Source: a virus
DNA: 64,000 bases
IMG/VR virus record: IMGVR_UViG_3300045391_000822
Span: 64,001 to 128,000 of that record
Reading direction: 5' to 3' (one strand)
Numbering within the stretch: position 1 is the first letter of the stretch; the number at the start of each line of letters is the position of its first letter. The notes beneath the pieces are model-generated. The model made no database searches and was not told where the DNA came from. It saw nothing but the letters and a program-made list of their open reading frames with translations. Below, in pieces: positions 26,558-34,663 of the stretch. The position numbers and the translations under genes are program-made.

Positions 26558-27348
26558 GACCTTGGTACGTACAGTCCAACTTCATGCATCATGGGCAGGC
26601 AGCAAAGCTAGCCAAAGGTTTGGTAGATGCTGGCATCCAAATTATTGATGCACCGGTTATGCCAGGTGAGACTTTACAGGAATGGCCTGTAGGCGAATAC
26701 ATCGTCTACGGGTCTACCCGTTTGGTAGAAGACGCGTTCGATCAAGGTAGACCAGGTACGTTCTACAGTCCACGGCAATTCAATGTTAAGACGTGGATCC
26801 AGAATAGGCAGGACATGTTTAACTCCGATGTCGTGTTCATGTCTACAGGTAACCTACGTGAATATTGTCAGGAGCTGCACCGTAATATTTTGGAGGAAGG
26901 CCAAGATAGGCACATGTTCTTCCGACCAGTTCATGATCTTAAACCCTTCAATGCCAAGGTCCTGTCACCAGAAGACATTGCAGATGTAGATAAGTACCTA
27001 TTTGGCAACTACCAGGTAGAGGACGACGTAGAGATAGCTATATCTGAGGCACATCAGATTGATGCAGAAGTCCGATTGTTCATAGTCGGTGGTGAATACG
27101 TTTCAGGCTCCTATTACCGCCGCTATGGTGAACCGTTTCTGGAAAACTGTGATGACACCAGTCTACGTGAAGAAATGATTTGGTTGAATAAAGGACAATG
27201 GCTACCACACCAGAATTGTGTACTAGATATGGCATGGTCAGGAGGTAGTTGGTATGCTCTGGAATTCAATTGCATCAATGCCAGTGGATTCTATGATCAT
27301 GATGTAGCAAAGGTGGCTAAAGCCTTGTCTTCACAGGAATGGGTATGA
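26554..27348 (+). CDS. ATP-grasp protein (R2K/DUF4343-like)
   Basis: FFRPVHDLKPF, EVRLFIVGG and VLDMA...LEFNCINASGFY motifs. Confidence 0.75.
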   Translation: MRPWYVQSNFMHHGQAAKLAKGLVDAGIQIIDAPVMPGETLQEWPVGEYIVYGSTRLVEDAFDQGRPGTFYSPRQFNVKTWIQNRQDMFNSDVVFMSTGNLREYCQELHRNILEEGQDRHMFFRPVHDLKPFNAKVLSPEDIADVDKYLFGNYQVEDDVEIAISEAHQIDAEVRLFIVGGEYVSGSYYRRYGEPFLENCDDTSLREEMIWLNKGQWLPHQNCVLDMAWSGGSWYALEFNCINASGFYDHDVAKVAKALSSQEWV

Positions 27349-27617
27349 ACACCGACGGCATAGGTATTATGCCTTATAGGTTGTACGGCAAGAAGGTTGT
27401 ACTGAATGAGAATCTTGTGGTGCCGGTCAACGTGGAAATCAAGAGGACATGGAAGGAACGTTTCTTTTCCAGACCGTGGCGTCCACTCAAGGCAACCAAG
27501 ATAATGATCAAGTATAAACCGTCTCCCGACATCATGGTCGTAGGCAACGATACTTGGATAATGCACCCGGATACGATGGCAAAAATTGCTGAACAAATAG
27601 GAACGTTGGTCAAATGA
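27345..27617 (+). CDS. Conserved phage hypothetical protein
   Basis: RTWKERFFSRPWRP...IMHP motif. Confidence 0.65.
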   Translation: MNTDGIGIMPYRLYGKKVVLNENLVVPVNVEIKRTWKERFFSRPWRPLKATKIMIKYKPSPDIMVVGNDTWIMHPDTMAKIAEQIGTLVK

Positions 27618-28012
27618 AAATCGAAAACGTCAAGAGCCTCATCGAGCACGCAGAAAAGGGTAAAGATGTTCGGGTCCTGTTGACGGACACCGATCAAACT
27701 AAATTCACCATGTGTATGCTTGCAGCTATGTCAGGGCATTCGCTTGAATCGATATACGAACAGAGCCTTACTCAGCATCAAAAAGATCACACCATGCAAC
27801 TCTATGAAAGCTGGTGTGATCGGATCCAGGAGTCAGGTGGGGTTCTTCAGATCATGACCACGCTCCAAATTCCTGATCTGGAGAGTATGTTCCACGAGAT
27901 GAAAGAGGCGATGGCAGTGTCAGGTGACATGATGGTGTTCGTTGTAGAGCGGTATGAACCTCGACCGAAGTGGTTCGATTTGATTCCTCAACAAGCGTTG
28001 ATACTGGAGTAG
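27614..28012 (+). CDS. Hypothetical protein
   Basis: 132 aa, ATGA coupling. Confidence 0.6.
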   Translation: MKIENVKSLIEHAEKGKDVRVLLTDTDQTKFTMCMLAAMSGHSLESIYEQSLTQHQKDHTMQLYESWCDRIQESGGVLQIMTTLQIPDLESMFHEMKEAMAVSGDMMVFVVERYEPRPKWFDLIPQQALILE

Positions 28013-28015
28013 GTC

Positions 28016-28417
28016 ATGACTGTACTCATTAACGTCGCTGATATGAAACCGGAAGGTTCAGATAAAACGTATCGTCAGTTGAATATGGAGAAGACATGGA
28101 ACATTCCGTTGAATTCCTTAGTCAAGGAACTGAAATATAATCTGAGTACTGGTGAATACGTAGATCATCCACACGGTATGGTTTTACGGGTAGTCCGTCA
28201 GGGAAGAGATTGCGATGGGACTCCCTTGTATTACCTAGGGTCGATGACCGCAGAGCGTTATGAGGAACAGATGGCCCTGATGAGAAGGGCCGTGGTAAAA
28301 GTAGAAGGAGAACCTGCTATCAGTGGTCGGTATTTTGGACCACTAGTTGAAGGTGGTTACGCAGAAGAATCTTTGAAGGTGATAGCACTTCCTCACGAGA
28401 TAGAGGAGGACGACTAA
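28016..28417 (+). CDS. Conserved phage hypothetical protein (RDCDGTPLY motif)
   Basis: KTYRQLN...IPLNSLV...GRDCDGTPLYYL. Confidence 0.7.
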   Translation: MTVLINVADMKPEGSDKTYRQLNMEKTWNIPLNSLVKELKYNLSTGEYVDHPHGMVLRVVRQGRDCDGTPLYYLGSMTAERYEEQMALMRRAVVKVEGEPAISGRYFGPLVEGGYAEESLKVIALPHEIEEDD

Positions 28418-28650
28418 TGGATGTGCCTCAATTTAGCTACCAAATTATTCAGGACTACAATCCAGGGCGGTTGGCTATCGCAGTTAGCGAGATGCTAGCC
28501 AAAGGGTATATGCTGCACGGACCTCTTATAGTTAGTGAGAAGACTACGGAGCGGACATATATCCAAGCAGTTGTCTTACCGGCGTTGAAGCCACAACCAA
28601 AGCCCAAAGCTAAGAAAGAAAAGAAAGAGGAACCAAATGAATACAGCTGA
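28417..28650 (+). CDS. DUF1737-like protein
   Basis: YQII...VSEMLAKGYMLHGPL...YIQAVV. Confidence 0.65.
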   Translation: MDVPQFSYQIIQDYNPGRLAIAVSEMLAKGYMLHGPLIVSEKTTERTYIQAVVLPALKPQPKPKAKKEKKEEPNEYS

Positions 28651-29053
28651 GCTCGAAGGAGCGGTACTCAACTACTGGGTTGCACAAGTAGAACAGCTTC
28701 TGTGTAAGGTACACGTGAATCAATTTGGTGTATCGGTGGCCAGGACTAACAGAGGAGTCTACAATCCTGCAGGTATTCCGTCGGAAGGCCATCCCTTGAT
28801 GGAGCTCTACCTAATTGGAGTAGATACGTGGCAACGAGATATGTTCAGTGACAATATCTGGGCAGCTTCGTTCTCTCACCCGGTACCACACCCAGATACA
28901 AAACGTAGTCCCAGTCATCATCGTATGCGCGGTCCACGACCGCTTGTAGCGGCGATGCGTACCTTGGTGTCTTCAAAGTATGGCGACCAGGTACCAGAAA
29001 TTCCAAAAGAAGATCTTGTTATTGAAGAGCTGGATATTTTTAGGAGTAGATAA
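28637..29053 (+). CDS. DUF2591/NinX-like protein
   Basis: TAELEGAVLNYWVA...YNP...GPRPLVAAMRTLVSSKYGDQVPEIP. Confidence 0.75.
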   Translation: MNTAELEGAVLNYWVAQVEQLLCKVHVNQFGVSVARTNRGVYNPAGIPSEGHPLMELYLIGVDTWQRDMFSDNIWAASFSHPVPHPDTKRSPSHHRMRGPRPLVAAMRTLVSSKYGDQVPEIPKEDLVIEELDIFRSR

Positions 29054-29898
29054 TGCTAGGTTGGATGAGTAAGTTTCAACAACGTGTTCAGCGATGGATG
29101 TTCAGGGTCTTTGATGAAGAAATTGTCCTAAGTGCTGAAGAGCGTAATGAACGCTTTCTGGAAGAAGCCGTAGAGCTTGTCCAGGCGTTGAACATGACGG
29201 AAGAACAGGCCATTCAAGTTGTGAAGTATGTATTCGGTCGTCCGAAAGGTGAGGTTCGCCAAGAAGTGGGCGGTGTCATGGTTACGCTTGCTACGCTATG
29301 TTCCGTTCAGGGTATAAATCCCTTTACGTGCGCAGATGTAGAGATGACTCGAGTTGAAGACCCAGCGATCATGGCCAAGGTTAAGGCGAAACAAGCACTG
29401 AAGCCGAAGTTTCGCGCAGACCGACCTGATCTTAGCTTCGAGATGACACGTGAAGAATTCATCCATCGCTTTCCGTGGGTTGACCCGACCGTTGGTAAGG
29501 AAGGTGCTGATCCGATGCGTCGCAATAGCGATCTCGATTTGAAGCCATGCGTGGTGGAGAAGCAGGGTCACGTCGCGGTCTGCACAGGATCGGTTCATAA
29601 GGGGTTAGGTTACATTCGTCCTAGTCCTTCTGCTCACCTTGATCGTGTTGCCAATCTAGATTGGGAGCTGTTCTCGGTTTCGTCGATAGGGGTTATCGAT
29701 GGCCAGACATATCTATGGGGTATGTATGTTGAGGGCATTGGTGCGTTCAACGTTATGGTTCCCAAGGAGTTCACCCGAGAGCTTCTACCGCATGAACGCG
29801 AAGCTTGGTCCAAACAACGTATGGGAATGTATGGATCCCATTCCGATAAATTCAGCTATACAACAGGATCTGGTGTAGCACCTGTGGAAGAAGCATGA
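29053..29898 (+). CDS. MazG-like nucleotide pyrophosphohydrolase fused to an unknown C-terminal domain
   Basis: ERNERFLEEAVELVQA...VFGRPKGEVRQEVGGVMVTLATL (EExxE...ExxG all-alpha NTP-PPase pattern). Confidence 0.65.
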   Translation: MLGWMSKFQQRVQRWMFRVFDEEIVLSAEERNERFLEEAVELVQALNMTEEQAIQVVKYVFGRPKGEVRQEVGGVMVTLATLCSVQGINPFTCADVEMTRVEDPAIMAKVKAKQALKPKFRADRPDLSFEMTREEFIHRFPWVDPTVGKEGADPMRRNSDLDLKPCVVEKQGHVAVCTGSVHKGLGYIRPSPSAHLDRVANLDWELFSVSSIGVIDGQTYLWGMYVEGIGAFNVMVPKEFTRELLPHEREAWSKQRMGMYGSHSDKFSYTTGSGVAPVEEA

Positions 29899-30056
29899 AG
29901 TACTATCTGTTCTCTCTAGTCCTGATAGGTATAGGATATGCCCTGCAACGACGTGAGCACATAAGCCTAGGTGGCGTGTGTATTGCAATCGGATCAGGTA
30001 TCCTCTTAGGTGCAGTAGCAGGTGACGTTATCATCTATTTCGTAACTTCAGTTTAG
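29895..30056 (+). CDS. Small membrane protein (53 aa, below the ORF-track cutoff)
   Basis: Read manually: MKYYLFSLVLIGIGYALQRREHISLGGVCIAIGSGILLGAVAGDVIIYFVTSV; ATGA coupling. Confidence 0.55.
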   Translation: MKYYLFSLVLIGIGYALQRREHISLGGVCIAIGSGILLGAVAGDVIIYFVTSV

Positions 30057-30065
30057 GAACTGACC

Positions 30066-30293
30066 ATGATCTTCAGTGTAGGTTTGATACTACTCCTCGC
30101 AGGATTCATTCTGGTGTACACAGAAGTTAATTCCCCAACTCCGAAAAGACAGAGGGTGCTGGTACCTCCTATAAAGTATCTTACCGAAGAGCCGGAACCG
30201 GTTCCGGCTGTAGTAGGCGTGGTAGCATTTGCGCTAGGTATCCTGCTGATGTCCATATCATTGATAATAGTGGCACTGCACTATCTTCCATAG
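30066..30293 (+). CDS. Small membrane protein (2 TM)
   Basis: Hydrophobic termini, AGGA SD. Confidence 0.6.
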   Translation: MIFSVGLILLLAGFILVYTEVNSPTPKRQRVLVPPIKYLTEEPEPVPAVVGVVAFALGILLMSISLIIVALHYLP

Positions 30294-30302
30294 GAGAACA
30301 CG

Positions 30303-30593
30303 ATGTACGTTATGTCAGATAAGGAGTTCGCAGCGCGTATCAAAGAGGTAGCGTCTGACCTCGAGCTAGGTACGTTAACTCGAAACGAGTTCTGCATTCT
30401 CCTACGAGACACCTTAGTAAAATCCTACGAAACTGTTGATAGTGGTGCTGAAGTCCTTCTTAAGGACATCGAGAACATGAGCCAGGTTGAAGCAGTGAAA
30501 TTCATACGAGGAAAGACGAGTTTGAGTCTTCGGGAATCACTTGATTACTTCAATCGGCTGACCAATAGCCAGAAATGGAACGTTGTTCGATAA
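30303..30593 (+). CDS. Protein with ribosomal bL12 (L7/L12) C-terminal-domain-like motif
   Basis: QVEAVKFIRGKTSLSLRESLDYF resembles the bL12 K-I-x-x-IK-x-VR-x-x-TGLGLKEAK motif. Confidence 0.55.
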   Translation: MYVMSDKEFAARIKEVASDLELGTLTRNEFCILLRDTLVKSYETVDSGAEVLLKDIENMSQVEAVKFIRGKTSLSLRESLDYFNRLTNSQKWNVVR

Positions 30594-31119
30594 GGGGTTA
30601 CTTGTGGTAGATCAAGTTGCTGAAACTGTTGTACTTGTTGAAGTACGGTCGTTGATGTGGAAAGATCAAGTTATAGTTCCTGCCGGATATCGATTCGTGA
30701 ATTGCCGATTCGATGGTTGTACCTTTGTAGGTAAAGGTGGTGAGTTCATCAACTGCGAGATTAATACTCACCTACTGCCTGAGTTCAATGGACAGCTCTA
30801 CAGAGCCATGCTTTCCTGGCGAGAAATTGATCTCGGTGATGTTGACTACGCGTCTGCGGTAGCTGAAGTTCGACAGATGCAAGGAATATACGAAGCGATA
30901 AGGCGAGTCTTCGTCAGCAAGGTAAAGCAAGCACAGGTTCTTTCGTTTCATGAGCAGATTACGTTGAAGATGAAACGTGCTGAATTCGAAGCCTGGTTCT
31001 TTCCTCCGATGGTCACCGAGCAGATGATTGCGTTTGAAGATGGCCATTACCTGAACCCAGTGACTGAAGGTGCCTGGCGAGAATGGCTAAACAACAACGC
31101 CTACAAGGCGATACATTGA
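30583..31119 (+). CDS. Hypothetical protein
   Basis: 178 aa; short FVNCRFDGCTF repeat-like stretch; start uncertain. Confidence 0.55.
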   Translation: MFDKGLLVVDQVAETVVLVEVRSLMWKDQVIVPAGYRFVNCRFDGCTFVGKGGEFINCEINTHLLPEFNGQLYRAMLSWREIDLGDVDYASAVAEVRQMQGIYEAIRRVFVSKVKQAQVLSFHEQITLKMKRAEFEAWFFPPMVTEQMIAFEDGHYLNPVTEGAWREWLNNNAYKAIH

Positions 31120-31133
31120 TCAACGGTGGTTAA

Positions 31134-31634
31134 ATGGGGCTCGGAAAGCTTATGGGGACATTCGACTACGTGAATTTTGGTAAGGTCATGCCTGATGGAT
31201 TCACTATCCGTGATGCGCAAACTAAGGACCTAGATTGTGATTTTCGTACCTATAGGTTGGTACCTCGCACAGACATAATAGATCACCCGTACCTACAGTT
31301 GGTAGTAGACACTCTTGATTTTGGGAAAGAAGGTCTTCCTAAGACAACGAAAGACCAGGACTATACGGGAAGTCTTTACTTCTACGGTGATGGCTTCAAG
31401 GAGAACGAGAAAGAATTTCTTTCTTGCTATGCTCTGTTCCATCGAGGCCACCTGCTGAAAATCTTTGTGCATCGCTTCGGAACAGCACCAGAATATCTGC
31501 TGATGGGTGAGCTTTCCGAATTCAATTCGTTGGAAGCCTCGTTAGAGGATGGTAGTATGCTCTTGGCAACCAAAATGGAACTCGAGAAAAAGAGCTACGA
31601 ATTTTATAGTCCAGGTCTTATACCAGGACCGTAG
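31134..31634 (+). CDS. Conserved phage hypothetical protein (MGxFD...QTKDLDC)
   Basis: Motif seen; start may be 31152. Confidence 0.65.
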   Translation: MGLGKLMGTFDYVNFGKVMPDGFTIRDAQTKDLDCDFRTYRLVPRTDIIDHPYLQLVVDTLDFGKEGLPKTTKDQDYTGSLYFYGDGFKENEKEFLSCYALFHRGHLLKIFVHRFGTAPEYLLMGELSEFNSLEASLEDGSMLLATKMELEKKSYEFYSPGLIPGP

Positions 31635-31644
31635 TTCGTAGGAT

Positions 31645-31863
31645 TTGGTTATGACGCAGCGCCTTACCCTGATACTCATGTCAGTAGTTGTACTCTGCGG
31701 AGTATTTCTTAAACCCCAATCGATAGATACGGCTCTCTTCTTCTGGGTAGTCACTCTATTGATGTTCAAACATAGCGATAGACTCGACAAGGAATCAACT
31801 CCTTTGGACAAGGTGCTATTGGTTGCGCTCATCATGGCAACCCTTAAGAGTCTGTTGGCCTAG
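31645..31863 (+). CDS. Small membrane protein
   Basis: Three hydrophobic stretches. Confidence 0.55.
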   Translation: MVMTQRLTLILMSVVVLCGVFLKPQSIDTALFFWVVTLLMFKHSDRLDKESTPLDKVLLVALIMATLKSLLA

Positions 31864-31875
31864 GCAAGGATACCA

Positions 31876-32373
31876 GTGTACGTAATTCGGAAAGCTTCAT
31901 CGAAGCCCAAGGTTAAAACCTTTGCAAAGATGTATGGTACAGGTAATCCGTACCAGCAGGAACAGATAAAGAAACCTGAGCCACCTAAAGTGGACTTCGC
32001 ACCAAGGACTATCATTCGTATCGAGCATCCAGTATCAGGCAAAGGTCCGTTTACTCATGACGGCGGAAGATTGGGGTTTCCGTCTGATGCGATGAACGTG
32101 ATGAAAGAACCGCAGGAGTTCGGAGTGTCTGCTCTGCAACATGGTGCTGGTTGGCATTATGCGTTTACCGATAGCATGGCCATGATGAGGGCGGTACGCT
32201 CTCTGGTGTCACTACGACAGTATGGATTCCATATCCAAGCATTGGAATCCAAGGAACATATAGTTCTTCCTGATGGACAGGTGGCGTTCATCAAGGATAA
32301 GTCAACTGTATCGGTATCCCTTCCGATACACGAATTCCCGTTTGAAGATTACTGTGGAGACGTAGATGAGTGA
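31876..32373 (+). CDS. Hypothetical protein (RIEH...GKGPF...YAF...QVAF family)
   Basis: 165 aa, AAGGA SD with GTG start. Confidence 0.6.
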   Translation: MYVIRKASSKPKVKTFAKMYGTGNPYQQEQIKKPEPPKVDFAPRTIIRIEHPVSGKGPFTHDGGRLGFPSDAMNVMKEPQEFGVSALQHGAGWHYAFTDSMAMMRAVRSLVSLRQYGFHIQALESKEHIVLPDGQVAFIKDKSTVSVSLPIHEFPFEDYCGDVDE

Positions 32374-32785
32374 CGAGAAATCTATATCATATAAGGCGCC
32401 GGCGTATGCACTGATCTTTCCGCGCATTGCTGAGATTGTGCGTCCTATGGGATACGCGGCGGCCATTCATGGAAGCATGGCTAACGATATGGATGTGGTG
32501 CTTGTCCCGTGGGTCGAGGCTGCAGAGCAGCCAGAGATCGTCATCAAGGTCGTCTACGAGATGATTGAAACGTGTTTTGCAGAACGACGTCTTCCCCTTC
32601 ATGGACCGGAACGTAAACCACATGGGCGTATTGCTTGGACCATTCCTCTGCTTGCCGGGTGCGCGATAGATCTTAGTATCGTTACTCCGCTTCGCTTGGA
32701 AGTTCCGGCCCTGATAAACCGACATCGAGTCGAAGCGTATGCAGAAGGCTATGCAGAAGGACGTAAGCTGTATGGTGGATCATGA
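32366..32785 (+). CDS. Minimal nucleotidyltransferase-like protein
   Basis: AIHGSMANDMDVVLVPW (GS...DxD) plus a third Asp in IDLS. Confidence 0.6.
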   Translation: MSDEKSISYKAPAYALIFPRIAEIVRPMGYAAAIHGSMANDMDVVLVPWVEAAEQPEIVIKVVYEMIETCFAERRLPLHGPERKPHGRIAWTIPLLAGCAIDLSIVTPLRLEVPALINRHRVEAYAEGYAEGRKLYGGS

Positions 32786-32830
32786 ACTTAAGGATAACCA
32801 ATAGGTAGTAAGCCCCTTAGCAAGTCCAAG

Positions 32831-32868
32831 AAGAAGGCCCTGTAGATCAACGTCTACAGGGCCTTCTT
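32831..32868. terminator. Bidirectional terminator between convergent blocks
   Basis: 16-bp perfect stem AAGAAGGCCCTGTAGA-TCAACG-TCTACAGGGCCTTCTT. Confidence 0.8.
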
Positions 32869-32898
32869 GCGTTTCCGCCTGATTTTTACCGACTAGGT

Positions 32899-33162
32899 TT
32901 AGCCAAGCATTCCCAGGAATTTCAAGGCCAGCACGACGGCCACAGCACCAGCGATAGCACTGTAGGCAACAACGGCCCACGGCTTGCGCTTGGCAGCGGC
33001 TTCAATCGCGTCCTTCTTGGCTTGATATTCAGCTTCGAGTTTAGCCTTAGCTTGGTCGACAGCGGCTTGTCCAGCTGCGTCTAGGATGGTGTTGGACACA
33101 GTCGAAGTACCTGTGGTGGCAGGAGTTGCAGCGGGGGTAGGGGCAGAAGTTTGATCAGCCAT
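32899..33162 (-). CDS. Tail-anchored membrane protein (ElaB/YqjD-like C-terminus)
   Basis: Helical soluble part then KRKPWAVVAYSAIAGAVAVVLAL; GGAG SD before ATG 33162. Confidence 0.6.
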   Translation of the reverse strand: MADQTSAPTPAATPATTGTSTVSNTILDAAGQAAVDQAKAKLEAEYQAKKDAIEAAAKRKPWAVVAYSAIAGAVAVVLALKFLGMLG

Positions 33163-33197
33163 GATTTTCTCCAAGAGGCACGCAGATTAGCGGCTCC

Positions 33198-33206
33198 ATA
33201 AAATTG
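33198..33206 (-). promoter_or_regulatory. Putative late promoter motif (CAATTTTAT)
   Basis: 36 nt upstream of 33162. Confidence 0.6.
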
Positions 33207-33227
33207 CTTACATCGTAGAGTAGGTAA

Positions 33228-33257
33228 CGGGAGTGTCTTAACCTACCGACACTCCCG
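33228..33257 (-). terminator. Hairpin downstream of the fibre cassette
   Basis: CGGGAGTGTC-N10-GACACTCCCG. Confidence 0.55.
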
Positions 33258-33270
33258 CCCCTTTAATCAC

Positions 33271-33693
33271 CTACACATCATAGTTGTTTGAACCATAACA
33301 CTGAAGGCGTAGTACACTATAAGAAGTTGATGTGAGGGTACCGTTGATCGATACGCCTGAGCCTGCGGCAATCGTCAACGTGGTTAACACACCAGGTAGG
33401 TAACGTATCAGGAGATATTCACCAGGGTTCATAAGACCTGGCGGCACCGTAACCGTCATTGAGTTTGAGGCACAACGAAGGTAACCGAAGATATGGGCAG
33501 CAGTAAGAGTGAAGCTAGAAGTGAACGTCGTAAACGTCCTCATCTGGCGTACCTCGAATACAGTACCGTCAACCTTCTTAATGTAGGCGCCACCATCAGC
33601 ACACTGCTGAGCCCATTGTCCTTGAGTCATTGCCGAAGGGGTTGGGCGAATACCACTGGTTGAAGTATTCCAATGGATGAGCTTTGCTGGCAT
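33271..33693 (-). CDS. Short fibre tip protein
   Basis: N-terminus (AKLIHWNT...PSAMTQGQWAQQCADGGAYI) paralogous to the 33705 product; beta-rich C-terminal domain. Confidence 0.65.
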   Translation of the reverse strand: MPAKLIHWNTSTSGIRPTPSAMTQGQWAQQCADGGAYIKKVDGTVFEVRQMRTFTTFTSSFTLTAAHIFGYLRCASNSMTVTVPPGLMNPGEYLLIRYLPGVLTTLTIAAGSGVSINGTLTSTSYSVLRLQCYGSNNYDV

Positions 33694-33704
33694 GGTAGCT
33701 CTCC

Positions 33705-34661
33705 TTAGAACGTACCCTCATTCAGCGTGAGGTTGTTGACATCAACGGCGATAGTGCCAGACGTTACGGTAAGGCCGGAACCAATCTGCACGATACCTTG
33801 AGCAGAAGTGGTAGCGACAGGAAGGTTTGCAGCAGGCAATGCAGATACCCAGGTAGGGGTTCCAGAGGAATTGGTAGTCAACACAAGGCTGTTACCACTC
33901 GATGCACCTAGACGGGCTGCCACAAAGGTGCCGCTGGCAATATCAGTGGCACCTAGAACGATAGCACCAGTACGACCAGCGACAGAAGTCACTGCATCTT
34001 GCGCATCAACACGTGACCACGCCGTCCCATCAGAAAGCAGCCAGTCACCTACCTCGAGAGGAACAGGAGAGCCAGTACCTGGAGTGTAGGTACCTGCAAC
34101 CGAAGTCACGTAGTACCAACCTTTGTTGCCTGAAGCAGCGGCCGGAACAGCAGGGGTGTTGGTAGAGGCGTTGTAGACGCTCTGAAAGTTCACACCACCC
34201 AGGATGGAGTCAGGTAGGTATGAGGTTGGGAGCTTGGAGTCAGAGCCAAGCGGAGCAACACCGTTGGCGGCACCTATCTGCGTGGTTGCCACCGCCGAGA
34301 TAGCGGTACGAACAGCTGCAGCGTCAGCAGCACCAAAGATAGTTGCACCAATAGTGGATGCACCAAGAGTTGTCTGCGCAGCACCTGCGGAGGCCGCAGT
34401 GAACAGGGCACTTCCGACAGTGGTTGCGCCCAGGTTGGCAGGGGTAAGAGTTACCGCACCAGCACCATTAGGTGATTGTGCGTTAACAGATTTCACCGTA
34501 CCGTAGTTAGCATCACCTACGACAACGACGTTGCCTGATGAGCTATCGATAATGAACAGCTTGCGGTCGGCATGGTTAATAGCAATCTGTCCTACTACCA
34601 GGTTGGCTGGCAGTGGTACAGCACTAGCAGTGGTTGAGTTGTAATGAATAAGCTTGGCCAT
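33705..34661 (-). CDS. Fibre protein
   Basis: N-terminal PANLVVGQIAINHADRKLFI; GAANGVAPLGSDSKLP, VTSVAGRTGAI and ATTSAQGIVQIGSGL fibre motifs; ends LNEGTF. Confidence 0.75.
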   Translation of the reverse strand: MAKLIHYNSTTASAVPLPANLVVGQIAINHADRKLFIIDSSSGNVVVVGDANYGTVKSVNAQSPNGAGAVTLTPANLGATTVGSALFTAASAGAAQTTLGASTIGATIFGAADAAAVRTAISAVATTQIGAANGVAPLGSDSKLPTSYLPDSILGGVNFQSVYNASTNTPAVPAAASGNKGWYYVTSVAGTYTPGTGSPVPLEVGDWLLSDGTAWSRVDAQDAVTSVAGRTGAIVLGATDIASGTFVAARLGASSGNSLVLTTNSSGTPTWVSALPAANLPVATTSAQGIVQIGSGLTVTSGTIAVDVNNLTLNEGTF

Positions 34662-34663
34662 GA

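Noticed and set aside
14128-32785. Stop-codon recoding suggested by many short ORFs
   Set aside because: ORFs tile with SDs and ATGA/TAATG coupling under the standard code, and TAA, TAG and TGA all end genes cleanly.
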